Below are positions 28,493 to 39,200 of a DNA stretch of 64,000 nt, piece by piece (within the stretch, counting starts at the first letter, position 1; each line of letters opens with the position of its first letter). The position numbers and the translations under genes are program-made. Under the pieces are notes generated by a model, which was not told the DNA's origin, searched no databases, and saw nothing but the letters and a program-made list of their open reading frames with translations. The stretch lies in the IMG/VR virus record IMGVR_UViG_3300035698_022190, positions 146,209-210,208 of that record. One strand, written 5' to 3'.

Positions 28493-28601
28493 GCTCCTTT
28501 TAGGTTAATTTAAATGACTAGTTATAATTCTTATACCATTTATATTTTAAGAAAAAATAAAGAAAAGTTGCTTTTAAAGGTATTGTATGCTATATTTAGG
28601 T

Positions 28602-28793
28602 ATGAAACCATCAGAAAAAATTTATAACGATTTGATTCGAGAGTGGAATGCCTTTGAATTAGATTACGAAAAATACTTAGAATTTGGTAACCAAGCAGCA
28701 GCACGACGTGCACGACTCTCTTTAATCAGGCTGAGAAAATTGGTGACCCCTTTTCGTTTAATAAGTGTAGCTGAATCACAAAAAAAGGGTTAG
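28602..28793 (+). CDS. Histone H1-like (Hc1-type) small basic protein
   Basis: GNQAAARRAR..L..LRKL...R..SV motif; start set after the promoter. Confidence 0.7.
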   Translation: MKPSEKIYNDLIREWNAFELDYEKYLEFGNQAAARRARLSLIRLRKLVTPFRLISVAESQKKG

Positions 28794-28794
28794 A

Positions 28795-29601
28795 ATGAAT
28801 TCATCAAAATATAAGCTTACATTAAGAAAATCTTTATTAGATTACAGAGATTGGCGTGCTGAAACAATATATAGTGCCGGACCGCTTCCTACTAAGTTTA
28901 GTTTAGAAAAGACCTTATCAAGAATAAAAGACCAAGGTAGTTTTGGGACCTGCGCAGCACAGACAGCTGCCTGCATAAAAGAAAGTCAGGAATATATAGA
29001 AGATGGCTTACTTGAGGACTTTAGTCCTATGTTTGTTTATGCACACAGAACTCCAACCAGCATAGCCGGGATGTACCCTAGAGATGTAATGAAGATTATG
29101 CAAAACTTGGGGGGCGTTGCTGAACAAGATTACCCCTACAAAGCGGCTAATAGAAATAAACAAAATATCACCACCGCTATTTACGAAGACGCCAAAAATT
29201 ATACTATTAAAAGTTATGCAAGCATATCAACAATCGATGCAGTAAAAAGAGCTTTAATAGCAGATGGCCCTGTCTTTGTAGGGCTCCCAGTATTTAATTT
29301 TGGAAATACTTTCTGGAAGGCTAATTTTGGTGACGATTCTCTTGGAGGGCATGCGGTTGCTATAGTTGGGTATGATAAAAAAGGATTTACTTTACGCAAC
29401 AGTTGGGGAACTTCTTGGGGCGATTATGGTTACGGATTCTTTCCTTATAAAGATTGGGGTGTACAATGGGAAGCATGGACAACAATTGATGACAGCTCCT
29501 TTATTATAGATAATTATAAATATAAAGCCAGCCAATCAGAGAATACAAAAAACTTTGTTTTGTTAATTCTTGAATGGATCCTAAACATTTTTAAAAAGTA
29601 A
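28795..29601 (+). CDS. Papain-family (C1) cysteine peptidase
   Basis: DQGSFGTC, GGHAVAIVGYD, RNSWG.SWG. Confidence 0.9.
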   Translation: MNSSKYKLTLRKSLLDYRDWRAETIYSAGPLPTKFSLEKTLSRIKDQGSFGTCAAQTAACIKESQEYIEDGLLEDFSPMFVYAHRTPTSIAGMYPRDVMKIMQNLGGVAEQDYPYKAANRNKQNITTAIYEDAKNYTIKSYASISTIDAVKRALIADGPVFVGLPVFNFGNTFWKANFGDDSLGGHAVAIVGYDKKGFTLRNSWGTSWGDYGYGFFPYKDWGVQWEAWTTIDDSSFIIDNYKYKASQSENTKNFVLLILEWILNIFKK

Positions 29602-29879
29602 TGAAATTAAAAAATATTAAATTAAGATATTTCTTTCTTCCTTCAATAGCTTTTATCGTAGCACTTTGGTTTGTTCCTACCCAAGCACATATGGCCGTGG
29701 GACCTGAAATAGAAGTTATGGAGATGCGCTCCTTATCTCCAGATGGAGAAGAACCACAAGTGGTTCATTTTGAAACAGAAGAATTTTCCTGGCAAAAATG
29801 GATTACTTGGATAGTAGCTACTGGTAATGGTTTATTGGGAACTGCTGTGCAAATAAAAAGAATTAAAGATAAAAAATAA
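29601..29879 (+). CDS. Small membrane protein (holin-like candidate)
   Basis: Two hydrophobic segments, basic C-terminus. Confidence 0.45.
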   Translation: MKLKNIKLRYFFLPSIAFIVALWFVPTQAHMAVGPEIEVMEMRSLSPDGEEPQVVHFETEEFSWQKWITWIVATGNGLLGTAVQIKRIKDKK

Positions 29880-29892
29880 CCAACTAATATAG

Positions 29893-30171
29893 ATGAAACG
29901 TACTAGAGAAGAAGTATATGCATTAATAGACCAAGAAAGGGCATATCAAACAAAATGGGATTTGACCAATTATCCCGGCAGGGTAAAAGATGCCGATAAA
30001 GAGGTTGAATCTTGGCTATCCTCTATGAGAGTATATCTCAGAAAATCAGAAGAAGCTGCGCTTTCAGTTGACAAAACAGAAGCATTAGAAAATATTAGAA
30101 AAGTTTTAGGTCTTGGGGTTGCTTGCTTAGAACATCACGGCGGACCATCACGAGAACAACCTGTCATATAG
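29893..30171 (+). CDS. All-alpha NTP-pyrophosphatase (MazG-like) protein
   Basis: ER.YQ..KW ... RKV..L.VACLE.HG. Confidence 0.5.
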   Translation: MKRTREEVYALIDQERAYQTKWDLTNYPGRVKDADKEVESWLSSMRVYLRKSEEAALSVDKTEALENIRKVLGLGVACLEHHGGPSREQPVI

Positions 30172-30227
30172 ACAGACCAAACTTTTGAGTAATAAAAAAC
30201 TGTGCCAAAATGACAATTCCTGGATTC

Positions 30228-30248
30228 TGGCACAGTTTTTGTACTATA
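30228..30248 (+). promoter_or_regulatory. Sigma54-like promoter of hsp20
   Basis: TGGCAC-N5-TTGT; inverted partial copy just upstream. Confidence 0.6.
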
Positions 30249-30276
30249 ATAAGCAACTAATTACATAAACAATAAT

Positions 30277-30633
30277 ATGGAGATACAAAAAATGTACTAC
30301 TTTTCAGAACTATTCGAAAACCGCGGTTTTGATTATGATTGGGAAAGCCGAACTAGTATGTCGGTAGAGACCCTTGATGATCATTTCGAAGCATATATAG
30401 CATTACCAGGGATAAAGAAAAAAGATATCAAGGCAACAGTAGATAATAATCTTTTGACCATTGAAACAGAGCAAAATGAAAAATATAAAATTAATACAGC
30501 TTACAAAAAAACATGGCGCCTTGGCGATAGTATTGATACGAGTAAAATTGATTTAAAACTTGATGCGGGAATTCTTATAATCACATTACCAAAGAAGGAA
30601 GAATCCAAGTCTATTACATTAACTGTTAAATAG
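30277..30633 (+). CDS. Small heat-shock protein Hsp20
   Basis: LPGIKKKDI, GILIITLPK alpha-crystallin motifs. Confidence 0.9.
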   Translation: MEIQKMYYFSELFENRGFDYDWESRTSMSVETLDDHFEAYIALPGIKKKDIKATVDNNLLTIETEQNEKYKINTAYKKTWRLGDSIDTSKIDLKLDAGILIITLPKKEESKSITLTVK

Positions 30634-30653
30634 CCGTCAGTTTTTTTTAATTT

Positions 30654-30685
30654 AAAAACAGGGAATGTTGGTTCCCTGTTTTTTT
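30654..30685 (+). terminator. Intrinsic terminator
   Basis: ACAGGGAA-loop-TTCCCTGTTTTTTT. Confidence 0.7.
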
Positions 30686-30734
30686 ATGCCCGAAACCACT
30701 TGACTTTCTGCAAGTAAAAACGTTATATTTAGAT

Positions 30735-30944
30735 ATGACTAAAGCACAGAAAATATTTTTTAAGTATGCCCAAACAGCACCTTTAAAAACCATAATTAAG
30801 GCAACTACAAAAGTTGTACAAAAAGGTGTAGGGACTGTTCCCCCAAAAGGAATTAAGAGTGTTGGTTTTAAAGGAAAACACTTGCCCAATAAAAATGCTT
30901 TTGAAGGGGCAGATAAAATTGGAAAAGGCGCTCCACGCCCCTAA
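30735..30944 (+). CDS. Small basic protein with FFKYA leader
   Basis: Leaderless start; K-x-A leader. Confidence 0.6.
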   Translation: MTKAQKIFFKYAQTAPLKTIIKATTKVVQKGVGTVPPKGIKSVGFKGKHLPNKNAFEGADKIGKGAPRP

Positions 30945-30946
30945 GT

Positions 30947-32302
30947 ATGTCGTCTAAAGCCAAAGGCATTCCCGATAGATCTAAGTATCTACAAATGCCG
31001 GTTACTAAGAATAATGAGTGGCTTGGCAATATTCAGTCCCACAAGGCAAACAAGGCAGGGCAACATTTTGATTTACGTATAAATGATCCAAAAACTTCGC
31101 ATGCATATTCTTGAGCACTTCGTAGTTTACCAGAACCTGGACAAAAGGTATTAGCCGTTGAACAGCCCACTCATACAAAATCTTATATGGGGTGGTCTGG
31201 TATAATAGAATCCGGCTACGGGGCAGGGACAGTAGAAAGTACTTTTCATGATAAAATAGAAGTGCTAGAATCTGGCACAGATAGAGTCACCTTTAATATG
31301 TATGGACCGGGACAAAAAGTACATCGTTATATGCTTATGCGGATGGATAACAAAGATTGGCTACTTTATAACTATACTGCTACAACAGACACACCATTAA
31401 TACCAAAACATAAACGTTCTTATAAAGAAATATCATATGATAAAGTTGAAACTAATAGAGATAATGAGTGGATGGCGCCCAAGATGGACGGTGCCCACAA
31501 TACAGTTCTTCTTAGACCTGAAAAACGCATTGACGTATATTCTCATAGGCTAAGTAAAAAAGGCTCAGAAAGAATTGATCATTCATATAGAACAGATTTA
31601 TATAAAACGAAAAGTCCTAAGGAATTAGGAGTAACGGTAGTTCGTTCTGAATTATATTTACCAAAACAAGATAGTTCTATAGTAGGAAGTTTGTTGACTC
31701 CTACTGTTTGGAAATCAAGACTAAAGCAAAGAACTCTTGGTAAATTACAAAATGTTATTTTTGATGTGGATCGTTATAAAGGACAAGACATGACTGACGC
31801 GCCATACAGTGAAAAATGGCGAATATTGCAAAAAATTAATAAACTTATTCCTGCGCTACATTTACCCGAACTGGCTAAAACTCCAGAGCAAAAAAAAGCT
31901 ATGTTAAGATCGGTTCGTGATAATACCCATTCAGAAACAGGCGAAGGTATTGTTATTTATAAACTTAACAAATCTATTCCTATCAAAGCAAAAGCTGTAA
32001 GTGACTACGATGTAAAAATAACCGGAACTTATCCAGCACTTCCTGGATCAAAATATGATGGAAAAGCTGTTGGAGGTTTCACGGCTACCCCAGAGTATGA
32101 CAGCAATGTTGAGATTAGAGTGGGTACTGGCTTAAAAGATGTAGAACGAATGGAAGTTTATAAGCATCCTGAAAAATATATAGGCCAATGGGCTAAAGTC
32201 CAGGGACTAAAAAAAACGAAATCGGGCAAGATTAGAATGCCCGTATATAAAGGACTTCGTTTTGAAAAATATCTTGGCAAATTTTTTAACCAAAAAACAT
32301 AA
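30947..32302 (+). CDS. LigD-type 3'-phosphoesterase fused to ATP-dependent DNA ligase (1 TGA=Trp)
   Basis: HFDLR..YS*A..LP.PG..LAVEQPTH; KMDG adenylation motif, EGIV, OB domain VGTG; TGA at 31112. Confidence 0.85.
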
Positions 32303-32754
32303 TGGAAAACATAGCAAACTACTTTTATTCTGAAATGCTTGCAAATATGATATCACAAGCACGATATACTGTTAAAAGCTTAAAAAAACAGAACTATTTA
32401 TATTCCCCATCTTCGGCGGCGTGGGAGTATCAAACTATTCACTTTGGAGGGATGCGCGGATCTGGCCATAACACAGCTATGGAAGCCTTGTCCCATGTTT
32501 TTAAATGTGAAATTGTTTGCGCAATCGCCGCACATACCAAGCTTTTTCCTGAGGCAAAAAAAGGTACGTCAATTACTTGGCTTGACCATGTGCTACAGCC
32601 GGGAACTCATAGACATAAATTTGAAGTAGTGTTTCTAGATAACTGGGCCACCATGATGTTACAGGCATACCCAGATGTGGAAAGCATGATTCACCAACTA
32701 GAGCCCATATATAGAGCATACACAAATAGCACTATTTTTGTATTAATACACTAG
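32302..32754 (+). CDS. Hypothetical protein with degenerate P-loop
   Basis: GGMRGSGHNT, VVFLD. Confidence 0.55.
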   Translation: MENIANYFYSEMLANMISQARYTVKSLKKQNYLYSPSSAAWEYQTIHFGGMRGSGHNTAMEALSHVFKCEIVCAIAAHTKLFPEAKKGTSITWLDHVLQPGTHRHKFEVVFLDNWATMMLQAYPDVESMIHQLEPIYRAYTNSTIFVLIH

Positions 32755-32773
32755 AGGATGAAATAAAAAATAT

Positions 32774-34936
32774 ATGAGTTTTAATTTAAATAAAGTTGAG
32801 TATAAAGACCATTTAAAAGGGTTTTGAGCGGGCAATTTAATAGCTAATTGGAAAGCGTTGCCGAGCGAGTTCAAGAAATTTGAGCCACCATTTTTTACCA
32901 CAAAGGATGATATACTGTTTCCCTATAACTGGCAAGTGAACTGGAAAGCTGACGACGACAATGATATTGAGTATATGTATTTACACTTAATGAATAAACA
33001 TAAAACATTGCAGCTGTCAGCAAATCAAATTCGAGATGGATGATTAGAACATATAAACGATGATTATTTGTGGGTTGCCAATCAGCGTGCTTATGATTTA
33101 ATGAAAACAGGCATGGTTCCCCCAAGCACAGGAATGGCGTGTAATAATGAGTTTTCTGACAAGATTGATGCCCAAATAGAGTGTGAAATCTTTGGTGTAT
33201 TTTATCCCGATGAGCCACACAAGGCATTAAATATAGCAGATTTGCCAATTAGAACAGTTGGCGAAGGTATTGCTTATCACGCCTCAAGAGTTTATGTGGC
33301 GATGTATTCTTTAGCTTTAAACAGTCAATCGCCATTAGAGTTGTTAGATAAAGCAATCCAATATGGGAATGATAAAACAAGTGAGATTTATAATTCAATA
33401 AGAGTAAGTTTCAAAAATAGTTATACTTGGGAAGAAGCGAGAGATTTCTTTTATGAAGAATATCAAAAGAACAACTCTGACTACGATTGGGCGTTAGATG
33501 CTGAGATTAATTTTGGTGCTGTTCTAATTGCTCTGTTATGGGGTGAAATGGATTACAAAAAGACTGTGATGATTGGTACTCTTGCAGGATGGGATTCAGA
33601 TTGTAATGCAGTTACAGCAGGGTCATTGGTTGGATATGTAAAAGGATTCAAACATCTTGAACAGGTTTTTGGTAGAAAGATTTATACTAATTATAATATA
33701 GCAAGAACTCGTAAGAATATGCCTGATTATTTACCTAATGTAAGTGGCGCTGAAGATACTTTTGAGTTCATGGCAGATAGAATGATTAATTTTATGACAA
33801 TAGATAATGGAGATAAAATGAAAAAAGTAATATTTTGTATTGGAGACAGTAGAACTGCTGCAGGACACAGTCCTTGGTACACACCAGCTCCCGATAGTTA
33901 TCCTTTTTTCTTACAGCAAGAAATGGGGAATGGGTATGATGTTAGACAGTGGGGACAAGGTGGCACTTCTGTAACTAAGGGAGTCCATTGGAGTATCTGG
34001 GATGGTTTTGAAGGTAACCCGGCTTTGTCTTTTCAGCATTTAAAAAATGTTCAGCAAATAGAGAGTTTCTGGGATAAAGCTTTTCCTGGAATGCCTTTTA
34101 ATGAAACTGAGATAATTAACATCGTCAATTATGGTACTAATGATGCGATGAATAATAGATGGCCTACAACTAAAGCGAACTTTAAAAGGGATTACAAAGC
34201 ATTAACTTGGCTACTAAAAGGTAAAACATACCTTTGTTTACCACAGCCAACTTTTGGTACAGGTGAAGACCATGTTTATAACTCGTCAATTTTAGAAGTG
34301 CACGCATTAATAAATGAGCTTTCCAAAGAAACAGGATGCCCCACAATAGACTTTTATACAGGTACAACAGCTAGTATGTCGCCTGTTGATGGGCTACATT
34401 TCGGAGCATTAGGCAATATGCACTTTGCTAATGCAGCAAGTAAAGAATTAAAAAATGACTCACCAATAATACCACCAATAATCGGAGAACCTATGGAAAC
34501 ACCAATAATTAAAATTGAAAATAATAAACTATCCGTAACTAATTTTGATCCAACTGTTACAAATTATAGCTGGCAGTATAGTAAAACATTGCATGGTTAT
34601 GATGAATGGCTTGGTTTTGGAACAGAAATGGACATTAAGCCGAGATTCCAAATAGATGGACATTATTTCTTTTGTTACGCAAGAGATAATACCACTGATG
34701 GTAGAACACCTGATTCTAAGAGGGTGATATATAAATCAGGCGCCCCGGCCCCAATATGCGGATGCACAGATTCGGAAGCAACAAATTATAATCCAAACGC
34801 CACAGAAGATGACGGCACATGCATATACTCTAACCCCACCAATAATGATAAAGTTGTTTTAGAGATGCGAGCACATCTTTTAACTGCTACAAATGCATTA
34901 ACTGCCATTGAAGACTTATTTGATGATATTGAGTAA
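32774..34936 (+). CDS. ADP-ribosylglycohydrolase fused to SGNH/GDSL hydrolase (2 TGA=Trp)
   Basis: GF*AG..IANW, ADDDNDIEY, IRDG*L, GWDSDCN; IGDS, YGTNDA, DGLH; GCTD..A.NYNP.AT.DDG.C repeat. Confidence 0.8.
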
Positions 34937-34949
34937 AATTTAAGGAGAC

Positions 34950-35225
34950 ATGATGAAAAAAATAGCTAATAGATTTGTGCCCTCAAGAGATTTCGTTAAG
35001 CTTTGAAACAGGCGTAGTCGTATTGCAGCACAGCTCACAAAACAGGTAGCTGAAATAGCAACTAAACGAGTAGCACCTGGACCAGAGCCATTGGGAAAAT
35101 TTATGAAAGCAATAAAAGTTCCAAGCCAACGAATCACAAAAGTTGATCAAGATATTTCTAAAGTCCAGTCAATAATAAATAAAAAAAGATATTCAAAATT
35201 ATACAAACAGTATCATGGAGCTTAA
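34950..35225 (+). CDS. Small basic protein with KKIA leader (1 TGA=Trp)
   Basis: AGGAG RBS; open to TAA under TGA read-through. Confidence 0.6.
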
Positions 35226-35568
35226 ATTAAAATATATTTTCACTACCGAGACAGATCGTCAAGAGGGGCTTATGCAGAAGGCCCCTCTTGCACAGAACGA
35301 AGGTGCTTTATTTATCTGGCAAAAGCCCGTTGTAAATTATGTTTGGAATAAGAACGTATCCTTTCCAATAGATGTCGGATTTTTTTCTGAATCACACTCT
35401 CTTATTAATATAGAGCATTTAAGAGCTTATCAAGAAAGTCCAGTATATTCAGTTGGGCGCTATCAATTTATCTTAGAAACCCCTCATAGTTGGTTTATTA
35501 AACACAAAATAAAAGTGTTTACCAACTTAATTAAACTTTTAGACCCTATACCCAAAGAATTATCTTGA
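35215..35568 (+). CDS. DUF192 family protein
   Basis: GLM...L....G.LF, NVSFPIDVGF, ILE...WF; would extend to 35586 if TGA is read. Confidence 0.75.
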   Translation: MELKLKYIFTTETDRQEGLMQKAPLAQNEGALFIWQKPVVNYVWNKNVSFPIDVGFFSESHSLINIEHLRAYQESPVYSVGRYQFILETPHSWFIKHKIKVFTNLIKLLDPIPKELS

Positions 35569-35598
35569 CAAACTGCTAAAAATTAACTATCTTAAAGT

Positions 35599-36096
35599 AT
35601 GTTAAATCCTGCGACTGATAAGACACAACCTTCCGAATATACGAAGGCCCTCAAACTAAAAAATAAACTTGATATTGCTATACGCAATAAAGAGCTCCAA
35701 AACATTTCTCATAATGTTCGAGCAATGGTTGATGGAAAAGAAAGTAACAAATCTTTTGCTAAGAGTGTTAGCAAACATACCGCCACAGGTGCTGTAGTAG
35801 GCGCTGCCGCTGGTGGGGTTGCCTCTGTTCCCCTATCTTTAATATCAAAAGGTTTTAGAGGTTTAAGACATAAGCCCATTGGCATGGCTACAGTGGCTGC
35901 CTCAACTGCAATCGGTGCAGTTGCGCTTGGCGGAAATCGCCTTAGACAGGGAAAACGTCCAATTCAAATTAGACAACACGACGCAGATTTAATGCATTTA
36001 AAAGGCTTAAGACAAGAATTAAAAAACACAGAATCACCTGCTTATACAGCATATGTTAAACATAACAGAAAGTTGAGCAGGACTGTGGATGTTTAA
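35599..36096 (+). CDS. Basic protein with Gly/Ala hydrophobic hairpin (putative virion cargo)
   Basis: TATGAVVGAAAGG; leaderless start. Confidence 0.65.
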   Translation: MLNPATDKTQPSEYTKALKLKNKLDIAIRNKELQNISHNVRAMVDGKESNKSFAKSVSKHTATGAVVGAAAGGVASVPLSLISKGFRGLRHKPIGMATVAASTAIGAVALGGNRLRQGKRPIQIRQHDADLMHLKGLRQELKNTESPAYTAYVKHNRKLSRTVDV

Positions 36097-36556
36097 AGTC
36101 AATGCTGTTTCACATAAAAATTTTTCAGAAATACAAAAAGAAGTTTTAGATCAAACGATTGTTAAGCTCGAAACGGTATTTAATAGTCAAAAATTTAAAG
36201 AACAAGTAGTAAACTTTAAATGTCCTTTAACAGGAAAGGAAGAATTTCTTGAAAATTTAGGACATTCAAATGAACAGTTGTATGACAAGTTGATGAGCGG
36301 AGCCACACTCCACGTAGAAATTGATACCGACCTACCCAGTCGCAGGGTTATCGGATATACATATCCCAAAGGGGTTACAATTTATACATATAAGTGGTGG
36401 TTTGATAAATATGCAAAAAAATATTATGCTGCTCATTTAGCGCATGAATGGTGCCATAAACTAAACTTTGACCATACAGCACGTCGTAAGAAACGGTGGA
36501 AGTATACTGTACCATATATGATAGGAAATATAGTAGAAGAGTTAACTAATGAGTAA
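36089..36556 (+). CDS. Zinc metallopeptidase (HExxH)
   Basis: IGYT, LAHEWCHKLNFDH, VPY.IG. Confidence 0.75.
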   Translation: MFKVNAVSHKNFSEIQKEVLDQTIVKLETVFNSQKFKEQVVNFKCPLTGKEEFLENLGHSNEQLYDKLMSGATLHVEIDTDLPSRRVIGYTYPKGVTIYTYKWWFDKYAKKYYAAHLAHEWCHKLNFDHTARRKKRWKYTVPYMIGNIVEELTNE

Positions 36557-39200
36557 AGCCAAAGATATTTGATCTAAGACTAAAAAACAAGTTGGACAGA
36601 AAGTCGAACAGATTGAGAAAAAAGATATAGCTATTGGTACTGGTGTAGGACTTGGCGCTGGGACAATAGCCCAGAAAATAGACAAACCTAAACGTTTGTT
36701 TGCCGGTGGAGTCCATCAAGGTAAAAAATTAGTCTACTATAATCCTTTTGTAGCAAAGTATCCTTTTAAAATACAAGGTAAGTTCAAAGAGACAAAGCGA
36801 AAAATTAATCGAGCAGCTACATTTATTTCCAGAAAAAAGGCTCAGATTAGACACCCCGCAATTCCCGTTTACACAGATTCCCAAAAAATACCAAAAGGCT
36901 CGGTCGCTTATAATTACTCTGAATTAGACCTTAAGGGCGGGGGCCCAAATAGGGCTCCTGTGCATAAAAGTGTATCTGTAATTAATAATATAAAAGATTC
37001 TTCTACCTTTACTGATAAGTATAATTTACAATCTAGTAAGGCTTTTTATTCACGGGGTATTTCAACAAAAACAGAAATGTTTGATGACTATGTATCACGC
37101 AAAGTAGGGAAACCCATAAAAGATATTAGCCAGCTAGAGGCTCAAAAAGTCTTTGAAAGTGCCTCTCACAAATTTGTAAAACCACGAGTCGGAACCATGA
37201 GCCAAGGAACTTATACTTCTGGTGAGAAACTTTTAACTGAATTTGATGAGACCATCGGAAAGGGTACTAACAAAAAATCAGGTAAACCAGCTTTCTTAAA
37301 GGTTTGAAATAATAAAAAGAATTTTATTGTACAAGACAAATTAGATTTTGCTGGCAAAAAAGAATATCGTATCCATGTGGGACCAGAAGGTGTAGAGCAG
37401 ACCGGTTTTAAACGTTTTGGAAGAAGAAACCCTGTAAATGCCTTTAAACATGTGGATCAAGAATTTTTAGGAAATCTTGGGGCTGCTCATAAAGAATTTC
37501 TGAAAACTAAGGGTGAGTCAAAGAACATGGTTATTGGTTATGACGTCGCGCAGACCAAAAAAGGATGGAAGGTGGTCGAAGGTAATATTATGTCAGACTT
37601 TAAAGCAGGCGGACACTGAAGAGCAAAAAATTTAAAATTTAGACATGCTGTAACAGGAAAAGGTCTTACAGGTAAAGCTATAGGTGTAGGAGCTTTAGCA
37701 GCTGTAGGCGTAACAGCATACTCTGCATTAAAGAAAGAGGCTGCAAAGAAACGGAAAGTTTCCGGAGAAACAAAAGCCACGGCATTAATGGCAGGCGGAG
37801 CAACCACTGCTGGAACATATATTCATCTTCGTAAGCCTGATTATCACACATCAAGAAACATAGCCGCACTTCAAAGAGAATCAAAAGGTAAAGTTACTTC
37901 TTTACATTATAATACTTCAAGTAAATTCCATCAATTAGCTAATAAGGCTGTATTTGGTGGATCTATGAAACATCTTGATTCTCATAAGCTGTGGTCCCAA
38001 AGAAAAGGACCTTGAAAAAAAGGAAAGAAAAAACAAATTGAAGGTACATTATATCTTAGATCACAGAAGGGGACTGCAACAAAATGAGTACCAGATGTGG
38101 GAATTAATTTAGATCCGGGACAGCACGCAAAAAAGGGCGGCAAAGGATCAGCCTGAGGTCGTTTAATAAAAAAAGAAACATTATCTGATACCCCTGCATT
38201 GAAAGGTCTGGCAGTTGAGAATTGAGATGCTGATAGGTTTCTTGAATCGAGAGGTACTACTCGAAAAGAATTTTTGTCAAAAACAAACGATGAGTGGGAA
38301 CCGCTATTTAAAAAGTGGCATAAAGAAAAGCCAGTATTTGTTAAACAAGACAGTTCCAATATGAAGGGAGTATATGGTGATTTAGATAAAATTAGACGAC
38401 ACCAAATGAAAGACATTGGGGGAAAGAAAGTATATACCCCAATCAAAACTGACAATTATGATATTCTTAGAAAGCAATTAACTAACCCACCTAAGGCAGT
38501 AAAAGGGGCTGTTAATAGAGGCACTTTCTTTTTTGGCGCAAAGATTCCAAAGGAAATGAAAGAATATCGTGTTCACACTCTTAATGGAAAGTTTTTAAAT
38601 GCTTCTCCTCGTTGGGGTGACAAAGCTCTAACAAAATGAGAAACCAATCCAGCTAAAATTAATGAAAAATCCATTCGACAGCTTGAAGCTGGTGTAACAA
38701 AGCTCCAATATGAAGAGCTCCCCAAAGAACTAAAAAAGCATAGACAGCATAAAAGATTTAAAACCTCGCCTGCTCGAATTCGTCACAAATATTTAGGGAT
38801 GGACGTTTTTATAGACCCATCTGGAAAGCATGCTCCAAAAATAGTAGAAATTAATTCTAGTCCTATGACTGCTGGTATGCCTATGACTAATTTAAGGAAG
38901 GATCAGGTAGAAGATATATTACAACAAAATAAAAGAATTAAAGGGCCTTTACCTGATACTAAAAGCAAAGCTTATAAAAAAATTGTGCGAAAGCCAAAAA
39001 ACTTCTTACTTTTAACGAAATCTCGTTTAGGTAAAATGAAAGCACAGCATAGTGAAGCAAAAGCTTTTTATACTTCTTTGACTGGAAGAAAAGAATTTAG
39101 AAATGTAGCGGTAGCCAAAGCTGGCGTAGCTGGTTTAGCAACAATTGGATTAACAGGAGCGGCAATTCATGGCCTCAAAAAAAGAAAAAAGAACAGATAA
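36549..39200 (+). CDS. 883-aa polyprotein with two RimK-like ATP-grasp domains (8 TGA=Trp)
   Basis: Five track ORFs share one frame separated only by TGA; FVKP..G, FIVQ, KEYRIH, GYDV..VVEGN; FVKQ, KEYRVH, GMDV..IVEIN. Confidence 0.75.
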
